A stretch of DNA of 64,000 bases from Mustelus asterias (lineage: Eukaryota), in contig NC_135804.1 of NCBI RefSeq assembly GCF_964213995.1, positions 68,572,001 to 68,636,000 on the forward strand, read 5' to 3'. The position numbers and the translations under genes are program-made. Position 1 is the first letter of the stretch, and every line of letters starts with the position of its first letter. This document shows positions 51,420 to 63,589 of the stretch, in pieces. Under the pieces are notes generated by a model. That model made no database searches. It was given only the letters and a program-made list of their open reading frames with translations, and had not been told where the DNA came from.

Positions 51420-53040
51420 ACTTCTTTAGTGTATGGTCTACGTCGAGTTTGATGTGACTTTTGGCCAGATCTCACATGTCAGATTGACCAAAAAAAAGAA
51501 CCCATTATATCCAGGGAAAAGTGGCAAGTTAGTGCCAAAATTGATTCAGTGGCAGGCAACAGAGGGTAATGTTTGACTGCCATTTCTGGGACTTGAGAAA
51601 TAGTTTCCCGTGATGTTCCAAAGAGTTCAACGCTGATCCCTTTCTGTTGGTTGTAATTAACAATGACTCAATCTTAAATATTGGCGGAGGGGGCATGATT
51701 AAGAAGTTTTCAAGTAGTACAAAAACGTCTTCGTATGGTTGATTGTGTGGATGAAAAGTTTAAATTGCGGGAAAATCTAAATGGGCTCGCCAGATGGCCA
51801 GGAAACTGTTAAACGGAATACAAATGAAAAACAAGGCAAACAAACACACAATAAATAAACTCTTACTGAGAAGTATGAAGAGGAACACAGGAACCTTGGA
51901 GAATATGTCCATAGATATCTGAAATTAACAGAACAGTTAGGTAGGTAGGTTGACCATGGAGGCTTATCAAATATTATCCTTTATACGTTGGCATATCAGG
52001 GCAGGGAAGTTACGAGAGACCAGTTACCTTCAGATGTAGTATTGCTTAGAGTTCTGCTCACCACATTACAGGAAAGATCGAATCACACTGCAGATATCAT
52101 AGAGAAGGTTTAAGAAGGTGATGCTCGGAGTGAAGAATTTAAGCTATAAGGAAATATTGATTATGTAGCACAATGGTTAGCACTGCTGCTTCACAGCTCC
52201 AGGGTCCCGGGTTCGATTCCCAGCTCGGGTCACTGTCTGTGTGGAGTTTGCACATTCTCCTCGTGTCTGCGTGGGTTTCCTCCGGGTGCTCCGGTTTCCT
52301 CCCACAGTCCAAAGATGTGCGGGTTAGGTTGATTGGCCAGGTTAAAAATTGTCCATTAGAGTCCTGGGTTGCGTAGGTTAGAGGGATTAGCGGGTAAAAT
52401 GTGTGGGGGTAGGTCCTGGGTGGGATTGTGGTCGGTGCAGACTCGATGGGCCGAATGGCCTCCTTCTGCACTGTAGGGTTTCTATGTTTCTATGTTTTCA
52501 TTTGAACATAGCGGGGCGAAGGCAGCGGGGAGGAAAAGAGGGAAGATTTATTTAATGTGAACAAAATAATGAGTCGCCTAGATGGAATACATAGGAAGGA
52601 TGTATTATTCTTGGTAAACAGACCATCTTGATTTGGAACCATATCGCCGATCCTTGATTGTCACTGTCTCAAAACCTATAACTTGTGGTTGTATCTACCC
52701 CAGATGCATTGCAGCGGTAAAGAAAGTTGATCACCACCAACTTCTCTGGGACGGATGAGCAGCAAATGCCAGCCTTATCAAAGAATCTCACATCCCACGA
52801 AAGAATGAAGGAAAAGTAGAAAGGGCATGGGATTAGTCGACTTGTGAAAATGATTAGATGGCAATTGCGGAGCTGAGGGCTTGGAACTCACTGCTTGAAA
52901 TACTGGTGGCGGCAGAAAACCTCATTGCATGAAAAACTTTGATATGCACTTCAAGTAATGCAACCTTCAGAGTTACAGAACAAGAGCTGCAAGTGGGGTT
53001 TGGCTGCAGAGCTCTTTTTCGGCTTTGTATAGTAAAGAAT
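51420..53040 (+). mobile_element. Highly degenerate CR1 fragment, split by a SINE
   Basis: Remnants agagggtaatg..., ttctgctcaccacattacaggaaagat. Confidence 0.6.
52165..52497 (+). mobile_element. HE1-like SINE
   Basis: Matches 9021-9376; tail (TTTCTATG)n. Confidence 0.9.
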
Positions 53041-54321
53041 CATGAACAGTAAAATAGAGTAAATTAAACTAAAATATTTTCAAATACATCATTCATCAGC
53101 TGGACGAGTGCTGGAAGTGCTGAACATGGGGACACATGAGGTAAAAGACAAGCTCGTGGGGAAAACGGGGAAGTGTCTACAGAGAACGTAGAGTGGCGGG
53201 AAGTGTAGCTAAGGTAGCTGTGGGAGTCAGTGGGGCTACAGCAGGTAATCATTCGCAGTCTAACCCCAGAACTTGAGACAGAGAGGACGAGGGCGGAACC
53301 GGTGGTGAATTATATTCAAAGGATGTAGCGGAGGAAACTCGAAACCAGCTTAGTGAAATGATCAAGTTCAGGTTGAACGCAAAATGTAGCATCGAGACAG
53401 TGTTCCGAATACTCACCGACCAGAAAACAGAGATGAAGGTGGAATCTGAAAGTGTCTGGAACAAAAGAAAATAGTTTCACTTAACACCTGGAGAATGAGG
53501 CAAAGTTAGAGCGTATCCTGCAAAAATAAATGTTTTGTATTTGATACCAATGATGTCCAGTTAGCTTCAGACAACAACATGTTCACAGCTGGAACTCAGC
53601 TGCTCCGAGAATGTTATGTGACGTCTGAACAGCAAGCAAATGGATAAACAGCAAAGTGGATTGAATAGAAGGATAGAAACCCCGCCGTGAGGAAATCTGA
53701 CCCAAAGCTGGGAATCAACATCCCCCCCCCCCCGCCCCCCCGTCCCCGCTCACCATCACCGCCCCGCCCCACCTCCCCCCCCCCCCCCCCACCCCCCTCC
53801 CCTGCCCCATGACCTTCTTTACTGGGACATCAGTGCTTTCATGATATATTTTCTGTGAATCCGTCCCTCACAAACAATAGTGCCGAAAGGGGAGAGGGAA
53901 GGCGTGATGGTGGGGCGGGGGTGGGAGGGCGGGTGCGTGGACATTGGGGGTGGGGGGAGCGGGGAGATGTGTTTGCACGTAACTCATTTTTTCCCAAGTC
54001 CTGCGACCTTCTCTTATTGACATTGTGGCCCCGCCCATTCTATTCGCATTTAGCCACGCGTTCCAGCCTAATTTAATGAGATGAGTCAACTTTCTGTCAA
54101 ACTGCCGCTTTCCAAACGCTCTGTCATTGACGTTACAAACGACGAAAAAGAAAATAGTTTAACTTGAGCTGACGTTCCTGTTAAAGTCACATTCATAAAT
54201 CACCTCTTAAAATAGATTCCAACATTTCATGCAACAGCTCGCCAGGTCATCTATCAAACCGGGTTGTCGACGAAATACTTGCAGACTAACAGAGGTGCAG
54301 CTCATCAATAGGCTTTTAACG

Positions 54322-54367
54322 ATGTCTGCATGTCAATGCGTATGGGTCCTGGGAATTATTTACGAAG
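54322..54367 (+). CDS. Gene 2 exon 1: leader MSACQCVWVLGIIYE(G)
   Basis: Homologous to the gene 1 leader; donor AG|GTATTT, phase 1. An upstream in-frame ATG exists at 54229. Confidence 0.7.
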
Positions 54368-54437
54368 GTATTTTCCACAACAAATTGTTTTCTCCTTTAG
54401 AATCTTCTAATCCTGTTTTCTTTTTCATCCGTGTGTC

Positions 54438-54569
54438 NNNNNNNNNNNNNNNNNNNNNNNNNNNNNNNNNNNNNNNNNNNNNNNNNNNNNNNNNNNNNNN
54501 NNNNNNNNNNNNNNNNNNNNNNNNNNNNNNNNNNNNNNNNNNNNNNNNNNNNNNNNNNNNNNNNNNNNN
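54438..54569. other. Assembly gap (132 N) in gene 2 intron 1
   Basis: Run of N. Confidence 1.
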
Positions 54570-54624
54570 ATGGTTAAAGTACAATTTATTCACATGTAAC
54601 AACTACATTTTAAATATTTTATAG

Positions 54625-54936
54625 TTGCATCCACCTCGGTGTCGCAATCGCCTGAAAGCACCATTCTGATGGCAGGTTCAGACATTACCTTCCACTGCAC
54701 AGCGAACTCTGTCCAGCTTCACTCAAATGTGGATGTTTTTTGGTGGAAACTTGGCGATGAAACCTTATTAGAACCGAATTCTGATGGCAGAAAGCGATTC
54801 TTTCCTTTTAAAAGCGGAGCGACTTCTTTCCAGATCCTGAATGTCCGTGTCTCCGACTCTGGATCCTATTACTGCGGAGTGCGAGACACAGGCAGCAGGA
54901 TCCTCAATGGAACTGGATCCAAACTTGTTGTGCACG
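54625..54936 (+). CDS. Gene 2 exon 2: Ig V-set domain with a germline-joined J-like strand
   Basis: Acceptor ttttatag; VSQSP...FHC...VFWW...FQILNVRVSDSGSYYC...LNGTGSKLVV; donor G|GTAAGA; 312 bp. Confidence 0.93.
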
Positions 54937-55279
54937 GTAAGAGACATGGGGCATCTGCCATTGTAGGATGCTATATAGAAGATCAGAGGCAGTTTTGATA
55001 AATCAGGGGGATTAACATGGCAAATTTGTGAGGTTTATGGGGATAGGGCCTGGGAGGGATTGTTGTCGGTGCAGACTCGATGGGCCGAATGGCCTCCTTC
55101 AGCACTGTAGGATTCTTAATTCTGTCATCAGTGAATTGATTTCTAATGTTAATTTGTGGAAGAGGATTAGGGAACATTATTTAATGTCGGGCCTAAAACC
55201 ATACCACAATCCGCACCCATTGTTTGTTATGCATCTATATTCTACCTGTTTATTAGCACAGGGTTCCACGGCATTATTT

Positions 55280-56700
55280 AGAAACATAGAAACATAGAAA
55301 AACTACAGCACAAATAGGCCCTTCAGCCTACAAGTTGTGCCGAACACATCCCTACCCTCTCGACCTACCTATAATCCTCCATCCTATTAAGCTCCATGTA
55401 CTCATCCAGGAGTCTCTTAAAAGACCCGATTGAGTTCGCCTCCATCACCGCTGATGGCAGCCGATTCCACTCGCCCACCACCCTCTGTGTGGAAAACTTA
55501 CCCCTAACATCCCTCCTGTACCTACCCCCCAGCACCTTAAACCTGTGTCCTTTCGTAGCAGCCATTTCCACCCTGGGAAAAAGCCTCTGTGAGTCCACCC
55601 GATCTATGCCTCTCAACATCTTATATACCTCTATTAGGTCTCCTCTCATCCTAAGTCTCTCCAAGGAGAAAAGACAGAGCTCCCTCAGCCTATCCTCATA
55701 AGGCATGCCACTCAATCCAGGCAACATCCTTGTAAATCTCCTCTGCACCCTTTCAATCTTTTCCACATCCTTCCTATAGTGAGGCGACCAGAACTGAGCA
55801 CAGTACTCCAAGTGGGGTCTGACGAGGGTCTTACATAGCTGCATCATTATCCCCAGACTCCTAAACTCAATCCCTTGATTGATAAAGGCCAGCACACCAT
55901 ACGCCGTCTTAACAACCTCCTCCACCTGCGGGGCCGATTTCAGAGTCCCATGGTCCCGGACCCCAAGGTCCTTCTGATCCTCTACCGTACTAAGAGTCTT
56001 TCCCTTTATATTGTACTCCTTCATCCCATTTGTCCTACCAAAATGGACCACGACACATTTATCTGGGTTGAAGTCCGTCTGCCACTTCTCCGCCCAGTCT
56101 TGCATCCTATCTATGTCCCTCTGTAACTTCTGACATCCCTCCAGACTATCCACAACCCCACCAACCTTCGTGTCGTCGGCAAACTTACCAACCCATCCCT
56201 CCGCTTCCTCATCCAGGTTATTTATGAAAATGACAAACAGCAAGGGTCCCAGAACAGATCCCTGGGGCACACCACTGGTGACTGACCTCCATTTAGAAAA
56301 AGACCCATCTATACCCACTCTCTGCCTCCTTTGGGCAAGCCAGTTCTGGATCCACCGGGCAGCAGCCCCTTGGATCCCATGCCCTCTCACTTTTTCTAGA
56401 AGCCTTGCATGGGGGACCTTATCGAATGCCTTGCTAAAATCCATATAAACCACATCTACCGCCTTCCCTTTGTCAATGTGTTGAGTCACATTTTCGAAGA
56501 ACTCCACCAGGCTCGTAAGGCGCGATCTGCCCTTGCCAAAGCCATGCTGAGTATTCTTGAGCATACTAAACCTCTCTAAATGCTCACATATCCTGTCCCT
56601 CAGGATCTTCTCCATCCGTTTACCAACCACTGAGGTTAGACTCACCAGTCGGTAATTACCTGGGCTATCCCTATTCCCCTTCTTGAAAATAGGAACCACT
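55280..56700 (-). mobile_element. 5'-truncated CR1
   Basis: ORF 55365-56762 RT; a 17-bp tandem duplication cttgaaaataggaacca at the 5' junction (56682-56718). Confidence 0.92.
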
Positions 56701-57915
56701 ACTTGAAAATAGGAACCATTTAGATGAGGGATTTTACCTAAAAATGCCGTGTGTGGTAGCAAAAAGGATCTTGATTGACTGGCGATATGAATAGAACACA
56801 GAACATTTTTGTTACGAGGGTCTGTACTTTAGAATTCTATTTCAGAATCCTCGGGTTTGATATTCCTGTGGTACCACCTTCAAAAATTATAATAGTAAGA
56901 TTACTCAAACTGATCGGGATATGAAACCGATTAGTTCGCTGTCGATTGGAATTAATTAGAGGGCTGAATTATATAAGAAGTACTGATACCAATGACAGCA
57001 GGACGCCATTCCTCATCCGGGGTGTTTGACACATACATGGTTAAACCTTCAGATAACACGAAATCGAGTAAATTTCAGGTCGCTGGAAACACAGTCCCAT
57101 TCCGATCATTTCTGGAAATTAGATTTGATACTCGTTTGGCATATGACTTTGGAATCCAACCTGTGGATTTTACGGAGCCACTTCGTGATGTCAGACCAGA
57201 TCTATAGTTACTTTTGCTTCGTGTTAGGATTGAAACAAAAAGCTGCACTGCTCGTTCCCCTCCCCTTCGCAGTTCCACGGTTCATCCCTTCAAACGTCAA
57301 TTGTTGCCATGTCCTTCCAATCAAATTTGCAGCAATTTCCCATTTTCCCCTTTAAAATATTGAACACCATATGATTAATATTCTGCGCATTAAGATTATC
57401 GTGAAACCAATGTATCACTTTTCTTGGCTGTAAGAATTTCTCCCTTGCTACAGAAATAGAAGCCTTAACTCAATCAACTTGAATTAATATTATCTACATG
57501 AGTTTTGTTTATTTACATGGTGCGTAATCATAATGATTAAATATTTCTGAATAAATATCAAAACATATGCCTTTGTTTTTCCATTTGAAATTTGGTATTC
57601 TTGCCTTTGCCCAGATGAGTGCAAAATATGAAGCTTCCACAGCATGCTTCTTTCTCCAGGCAATATTTATTTGCGAGACCAAAACCAACCTGAATGTCCT
57701 GCGCATTACTTTCTGCTAGTTCTGTAATATTGTTCATTAGTGTTCGCATATTAGTCTACAATTTGTAATGGGAATTTAAATTTAACGTTTTGTCGTGAGT
57801 TAGTTTGGTTCCTGCGACCAAAAACCATCTGACCATCGCAAGGAAGACTGGATCTTAAAGGGGAATAAAGTACACAAGTACAAACCATCAGTGTTTTCGT
57901 TTCGCTGTTCCACAG

Positions 57916-58224
57916 CTTCCCCAGAACCCATAAGACTGATCCCCAACGTTTCCCGCACCAACTCATCTACTCGAACACTTGTGTGTAAAACGGCTGAGTT
58001 CTACCCAGAGTCTGTCACCTTCATTTGGTATAAAAACGACAGCAACATTGTGACTGGGATCAGCACCATTCAAACGGGGAACGCAGAGGGGGAGTATGAA
58101 GCTTCCAGTACTTTGGAAATGGAAGGTCCAGCTCAGAGCGGTATTGTGTATACCTGTGTTGTGTCTCACCTCACACTGCAGTATCCAATCATGGCTGTTT
58201 ACTTGGACTCCATTTCTAATTCAG
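57916..58224 (+). CDS. Gene 2 exon 3: Ig C1-set domain
   Basis: Acceptor gttccacag; TLVC...FYP..VTFIWYKN...GEYEASSTL...YTCVVSHLTL; donor G|GTAAGA; 309 bp. Confidence 0.93.
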
Positions 58225-58878
58225 GTAAGATGCCAATCTTTGTACAGATATAGCCGGTCACCGTTTGCTATGTATCCACGTTAATGTCGTTCAATCCTCT
58301 GAACTTAATTACGTTCATTTAAAGACTGGTTCGTCTTGGGGATTTGTAAAGCGGATAAAGGAGGGAAAGAGAGCGATCTATTACGAATATTATCCATTAC
58401 CCAATTTCACTCAGATTCAATGGGTTGCCATTTAACGCAGAACAAAGGAATACATGGAAAATCTTTTCACTCATGACTTTAGAATTTCCTCGTTATGACA
58501 AGCTGCTGATACCCTTGTATAGATATTCCACTTTATGAGACACATCACCCTGCACTCATGTGGCTGTAATTTTCGACATGTGCCTAGCTGTAAAATCCTG
58601 GTTTTTGTGTCAATGGAAATGCAAACGATACATGTTTATTGATGTAATACAAACAGGGGATGTAATCAGCTGATTGTGAAGTCAGAATCAATAACAGTAC
58701 CAGGTCATGTGAGTTAAAAGTCTTCGGCTCTGTTACTGAAAAATATTTGCAATATATTTTATTCAATAGACTGGTTGCGTATCACTTCCTTCAACGGGAA
58801 AATGGTAATTGATTATTCATATTAATAGCAATAATTATATTACGTTCGCTGTTTTCACTATCATTATGATTTTCACAG

Positions 58879-58992
58879 ATCCTGGGCACACTACCATTTA
58901 TCTACAGATTTCTAAATATGCAGGAGCTGTATTGATATTTCTAGCCCTGAGCGCTTTCATTATGAAGAGCTACCAACTCCGTAACTGTAATG
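58879..58992 (+). CDS. Gene 2 exon 4: stalk plus transmembrane helix containing Lys
   Basis: Acceptor ttttcacag; DPGHTTIYLQISKYAGAVLIFLALSAFIMKSYQLRNCN; donor G|GTAAGG; 114 bp. Confidence 0.88.
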
Positions 58993-59477
58993 GTAAGGAG
59001 CCAACCAAGTTGCTTATCTTTGATACAAGCGAATAATTAATCCAATCGAGAGCATACCTCCCACCACACTGTTTTAACCCAGCATTAGTACAAAAACGCA
59101 GATATTCTTTGAAGCTTTTTCCTCTCGAGCAGATATTCTGAAACGACAAAGATGAAAATAGAAATATCTTGATTAACAACGTTCATCGCATTGAGCAGGC
59201 TTCAGACCAAACTACTTCCGACAACTTGCTCTGAATACTCTGCTCAACAGCTGTGACAGATTCCACCCCAGCCGCTGAGCCAATTCATAACATTCTAACA
59301 CGATTAACGACATTCAAAATAAAAAAGTAAATCTATCGTATCTCGCATTGTTAACTGATGCTTTCTTTGAAATAAACTAATCAGTTCTTCCTTACGCCGT
59401 ATCCCATTTGTATACCAAATGTTAATAATACCCACTCATTAGTTTCTGAAATGAGTTATTTATAAACGTTTTAGCAG

Positions 59478-59518
59478 ACTACCTGTCAGACAAGAATATT
59501 CCATCCGCCCACCTATAG
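59478..59518 (+). CDS. Gene 2 candidate terminal exon DYLSDKNIPSAHL*
   Basis: A nearby phase-1-compatible acceptor (ttttagcag) giving a short tail with no ITIM. Alternative exons exist. Confidence 0.4.
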
Positions 59519-61625
59519 TGACAGGAGGCAACGAAGAAACAACATAACAGGGAGGAAAGAAAGAAATGTTCAATCTGATCCAGGAATGGAAATTTAATGA
59601 TATGTGAACTGTTCCGTTGGAACCACAACCTGAAACAAATAAATTGTCAATCGAATGAACATAAAGTAATGATTAAGGAGTAGCGATGTTTTGTTGGTTT
59701 CATTTTTGGTGATGTTTTGAAGTTTGAAGTATAAATTGCGTCTTCGGGGCCGAATGCATTTAAGGAACCTTAAGATGGGATTTCTCTGTCCTGTGATCCT
59801 CAAGGCGGCATTGGTTGAAGTTCAGTCGGATCCACTTCACCAGATATATAGTCCGAGTTGAGCGCTCTATTTCACTTCGACGCCTTTGGAAATAAAAAAG
59901 GGGCCAGGCCACGTCGAAGAACTGGTGTGATTTTCTTCTGCATTTCAAAAACGTTGGAAGAACAAAAGAAGAGAATTCTCCAAGAAGCATATCTAAATCG
60001 GTAATTTTGTACGCGCATTATTGCTTGATGTTTATATGCACTAGAGTTATTGTGCAACATCATCTAATCCCTATTTGTCCCTGTTCTGGCTTTATACATT
60101 CCCAGTCAAGTACAGAATCGAAAAGATTCCGATCGTAGTTCCGTCTACAATGGCCCATCAAACACTTCAAGGAAGGTTGCGAGTGTAGATGTAACTTGAA
60201 TCTCCCATCACATTGCCCCGTCAAACATTCCCAGAGCAGGTACAGATTTTGTATTGTGAAGTGTTTCAAATACATTGATAGTCTGTAAGAGCTGGCAATG
60301 TAAAGGTCCGGCATAAAGACACCATAAACAAAGCCAGCAGTCCCAGAGGAGTCAACCATTGGTTTAAAACGAGGTGAACATGTCTGTTGCAATAAAGTGC
60401 GTGAAGATCCGCTTTATTAAATAGTCTACCATTAGATCATGTGATTTCTCCGCAACCTCCCTCTGACGACGTGGTAAAAGACCTGAAGTTGTCAATCTAT
60501 CAGCATTGATTATGAATACATTTAACACTTGATCCTATTTAGATTCAGCTGAACAGGAAATCAGCAGATTCGAGCCATAAGTTCCAAAGAACAACAGCTT
60601 GCATTAATACACAATATTAAAACATGATCCTTAACATCGTCAAAGGTCTCAAGCACCTCGCCGGATTGTTACCAAACACATTTGGCCACAGAGCCATATA
60701 AGTCCTTACAAGGAGTGATAAAAACTTTTGCAAAGACATGTTTCAAGGGGTGTCTCGAAGGCGGAAAACATCGTTGCGTTGGACAGATTTTAGGATGGAA
60801 TTCCAGAGCTTAGAGCCTAGGCAGCTGAATGGCGAAGCGAAGTTCAAGAGGCCAGAATTGGAGGAGCACAGGTATCACAGATGTATAGAGTCACAGTCGA
60901 AGATAGATAGGGTGGGATGAGGCCATGGAGAAATTTCAAAAACGAGGTTAATTGAGGCATTGCTGAACCGTGTTCCAAGTCAGTGGGCATTGAGGTGATA
61001 ATGGAACTAAACATGTCATGTCTTAAGCGATTGGAAAAGAGTTTTGGTAGTCGCACATGTAGCATGTAGCAGCACAAAGTCACGATCCGTCCAGTTATTG
61101 GAGTCTCAATATTGAGAAAACACCCCAGCGTCATTAAAATATTATCTGAAACACTCATTGTGTGCAATATTCCGCAGCTGGAAATTTCTCCGGCATTAGG
61201 ACCATCTCCCGCTCATATCTGCGATGCATCAACAGGAGAGAGATTCTGGGAAGCTACCAATTAACAGGCCGTATCCGCATTCACGGCCGAGTTAAAACCA
61301 AGGATTAGAACAGAAATGTTGGAGACCCAAAGAGATGGCAGGCAGGACGAGCAAACTGGAAGTACCAGTGTGAGCGGCGAATACTGCAAAGGCAGAAGGT
61401 GAGTGAGAGGGCGCTTAAGAATGGGAGTAATTTCAAAAGGTTGCAGAAAGTTACTTAAGAAAGAAGGCAAGAGCTATAAGACCGAGAGGATGTTGCCCCC
61501 TGTGAGGACAATGTGATTTAGAAAACACAATCATTGCTTTTCATTTCTGTTTCATGCAACACTCTCTTGGAGCTAATTTTAAAATAAATTCGAATTCACA
61601 GACCAGGGAAGGGACGCCTGAAAGT

Positions 61626-62836
61626 AGTCATAGAGTCATAGAGTCATAGACGTTTACAGCATGGAAACAGGCCCTTCGGCCCAACTTGTCCACGCCGCCC
61701 ATTTTTTTTAAACCCGTAAGCTAATCCCAATTGCCCCCATTTGGCCCATATCCTTCTCTACCCATCGTACCCATGTAGCTATCTAAATGCTTTTTAAAAT
61801 GCAAAATTGTACCCGCCTCTGCTACTTCCTCTGGCAGCTTGTTCCAGAGGTAGTTGTAGCTCTGGACTACTACCAGGGTGGTAGAGGCGGGTACAATTTT
61901 GTCTTTTAAAAAACATTTAGGTCGTTACATGGGTACCCTTGTGTGAAAAAATTGCCCCTCTGGACACTTTTGTATCTCTCCCCTCTCATCTTAAACCTAT
62001 GCCCTCCAGTTTTAGGCTCCCCTAACTTTGGGAAAAGATATTGACTATCTAGCTGATCTGTGCCCCTCATTATTTTATAGACCTCTATAAGATCACCCCT
62101 CAGCCTCCTATGCTCCAGAGAAAAAAGTCCCAGTCTATCCAGTCTCTCCTTATAATTCAATCCATCAAGTCTTGGTAGCATCCTAGTAAATCTTTTCTGC
62201 ACTCTTTCTAGTATAATAATATCCTTTCTATAATAGGGTGACCAGAATTGCACACAGTATTCCAAGTGTGGCCTCACCAATGTCTTGTACAACTTTAACA
62301 AGACATTCCAACTCCTGTATTCAATGTTCTGACTGATGAAACCAAGCTTGTCGAATGCCTTCTTCACCATTCTGTCCACCACGTTCAAGGAGCTATGAAC
62401 ATGTACCCTTAGATCTCTTTGTTCTGTAACTCTCCCCAACGCCCTACCATTAACTGAGTAAGTCCTGCCCTGGTTTAATCTACCAAAATGCATCACCTCG
62501 CATTTGTCTAAATTAAACTCCATCTGCCATTCGTCAGCCCACTGGCCCAATTTATCAAGATCCCGTTGCAATTGGAGATAATTTTCTTCACCTTCCACTA
62601 TACCACCCATCTTAGTGTTATCTGCAAATTTACCAACCATGCCTCCTATATTCTCATCCAAATCATTAATATAAATGACAAGTAACAGTGAACCCAGCAC
62701 TGATCCCTGAGGCACACCACTGGTCGCAGGCCTCCAGTTTGAAAAACAACTCTCTACAACCACCCTCTGGCTTCTGGCAAGAAGCCAATTTTGTATCCAT
62801 TTCGATACCTCACCCTGAATCGCGTGAGATTTAACC
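61626..62836 (-). mobile_element. 5'-truncated CR1 with an internal inverted segment
   Basis: ORF 61906-62847 RT; (CTCTATGA)n tail. Confidence 0.9.
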
Positions 62837-63589
62837 ATCATCGGCAAGATGATGCATGCCGTAACCAGATAAAACCAAAATTATATACCGGTGGGAAAGA
62901 GAAATAATGAGGAATGTTGTTACGCACATCCAGCAGAATAATGAGATACATCTTGATGGTATTGGATGTAACATTTAACTGATTCGTGCTGAAGTTAAAC
63001 GTAAAACTGCACGAATACCCTAATTGTAAATGGACAATTTGCAGACATCAAGACATCAAGAGGCGTTCCACCCGAGGAATCAAACTTGTTTTCTCTTTCA
63101 GATGCCGATCATACTACAGTTTATTTCTCCTTAATTGAAATGTTTCCCATATGGTTAACACCATTTATTTGACCTTTGTTGATGACATACAGTGTAGTCG
63201 AGGGAGATAACAATTAAACTATACTGCAGAGAAAGGAGGTAGAATGGTCCTTCTTTCGAGTTCTCCAGATAACGATAAAGTGAAAATTTTGTTCCTTCTG
63301 TTAAGACACAGGCCAGAAAGTTCAAGGTGTTTTATAAAGTTAGCCAGTCCCTAAGTTTCACATTTGATTTTGGCATGCATGAGCATAAGCTGTTTCACTC
63401 CAGACATGATTCAAGACTAGGAAGCTTTTATCAAATGAAGTTCATTTCAGAACAAAGTTAAAATATATCAAAAAGATCAGCAGGCCCTAGGGGGCGGGGC
63501 CTGATGTGGCGGGGCCGAGAGGCGATCGGTGGGGGTTGGGGCTCCCGCTGCCACTCTGCACAGACATCCATGTGGGAAGTAGGGAGTAC

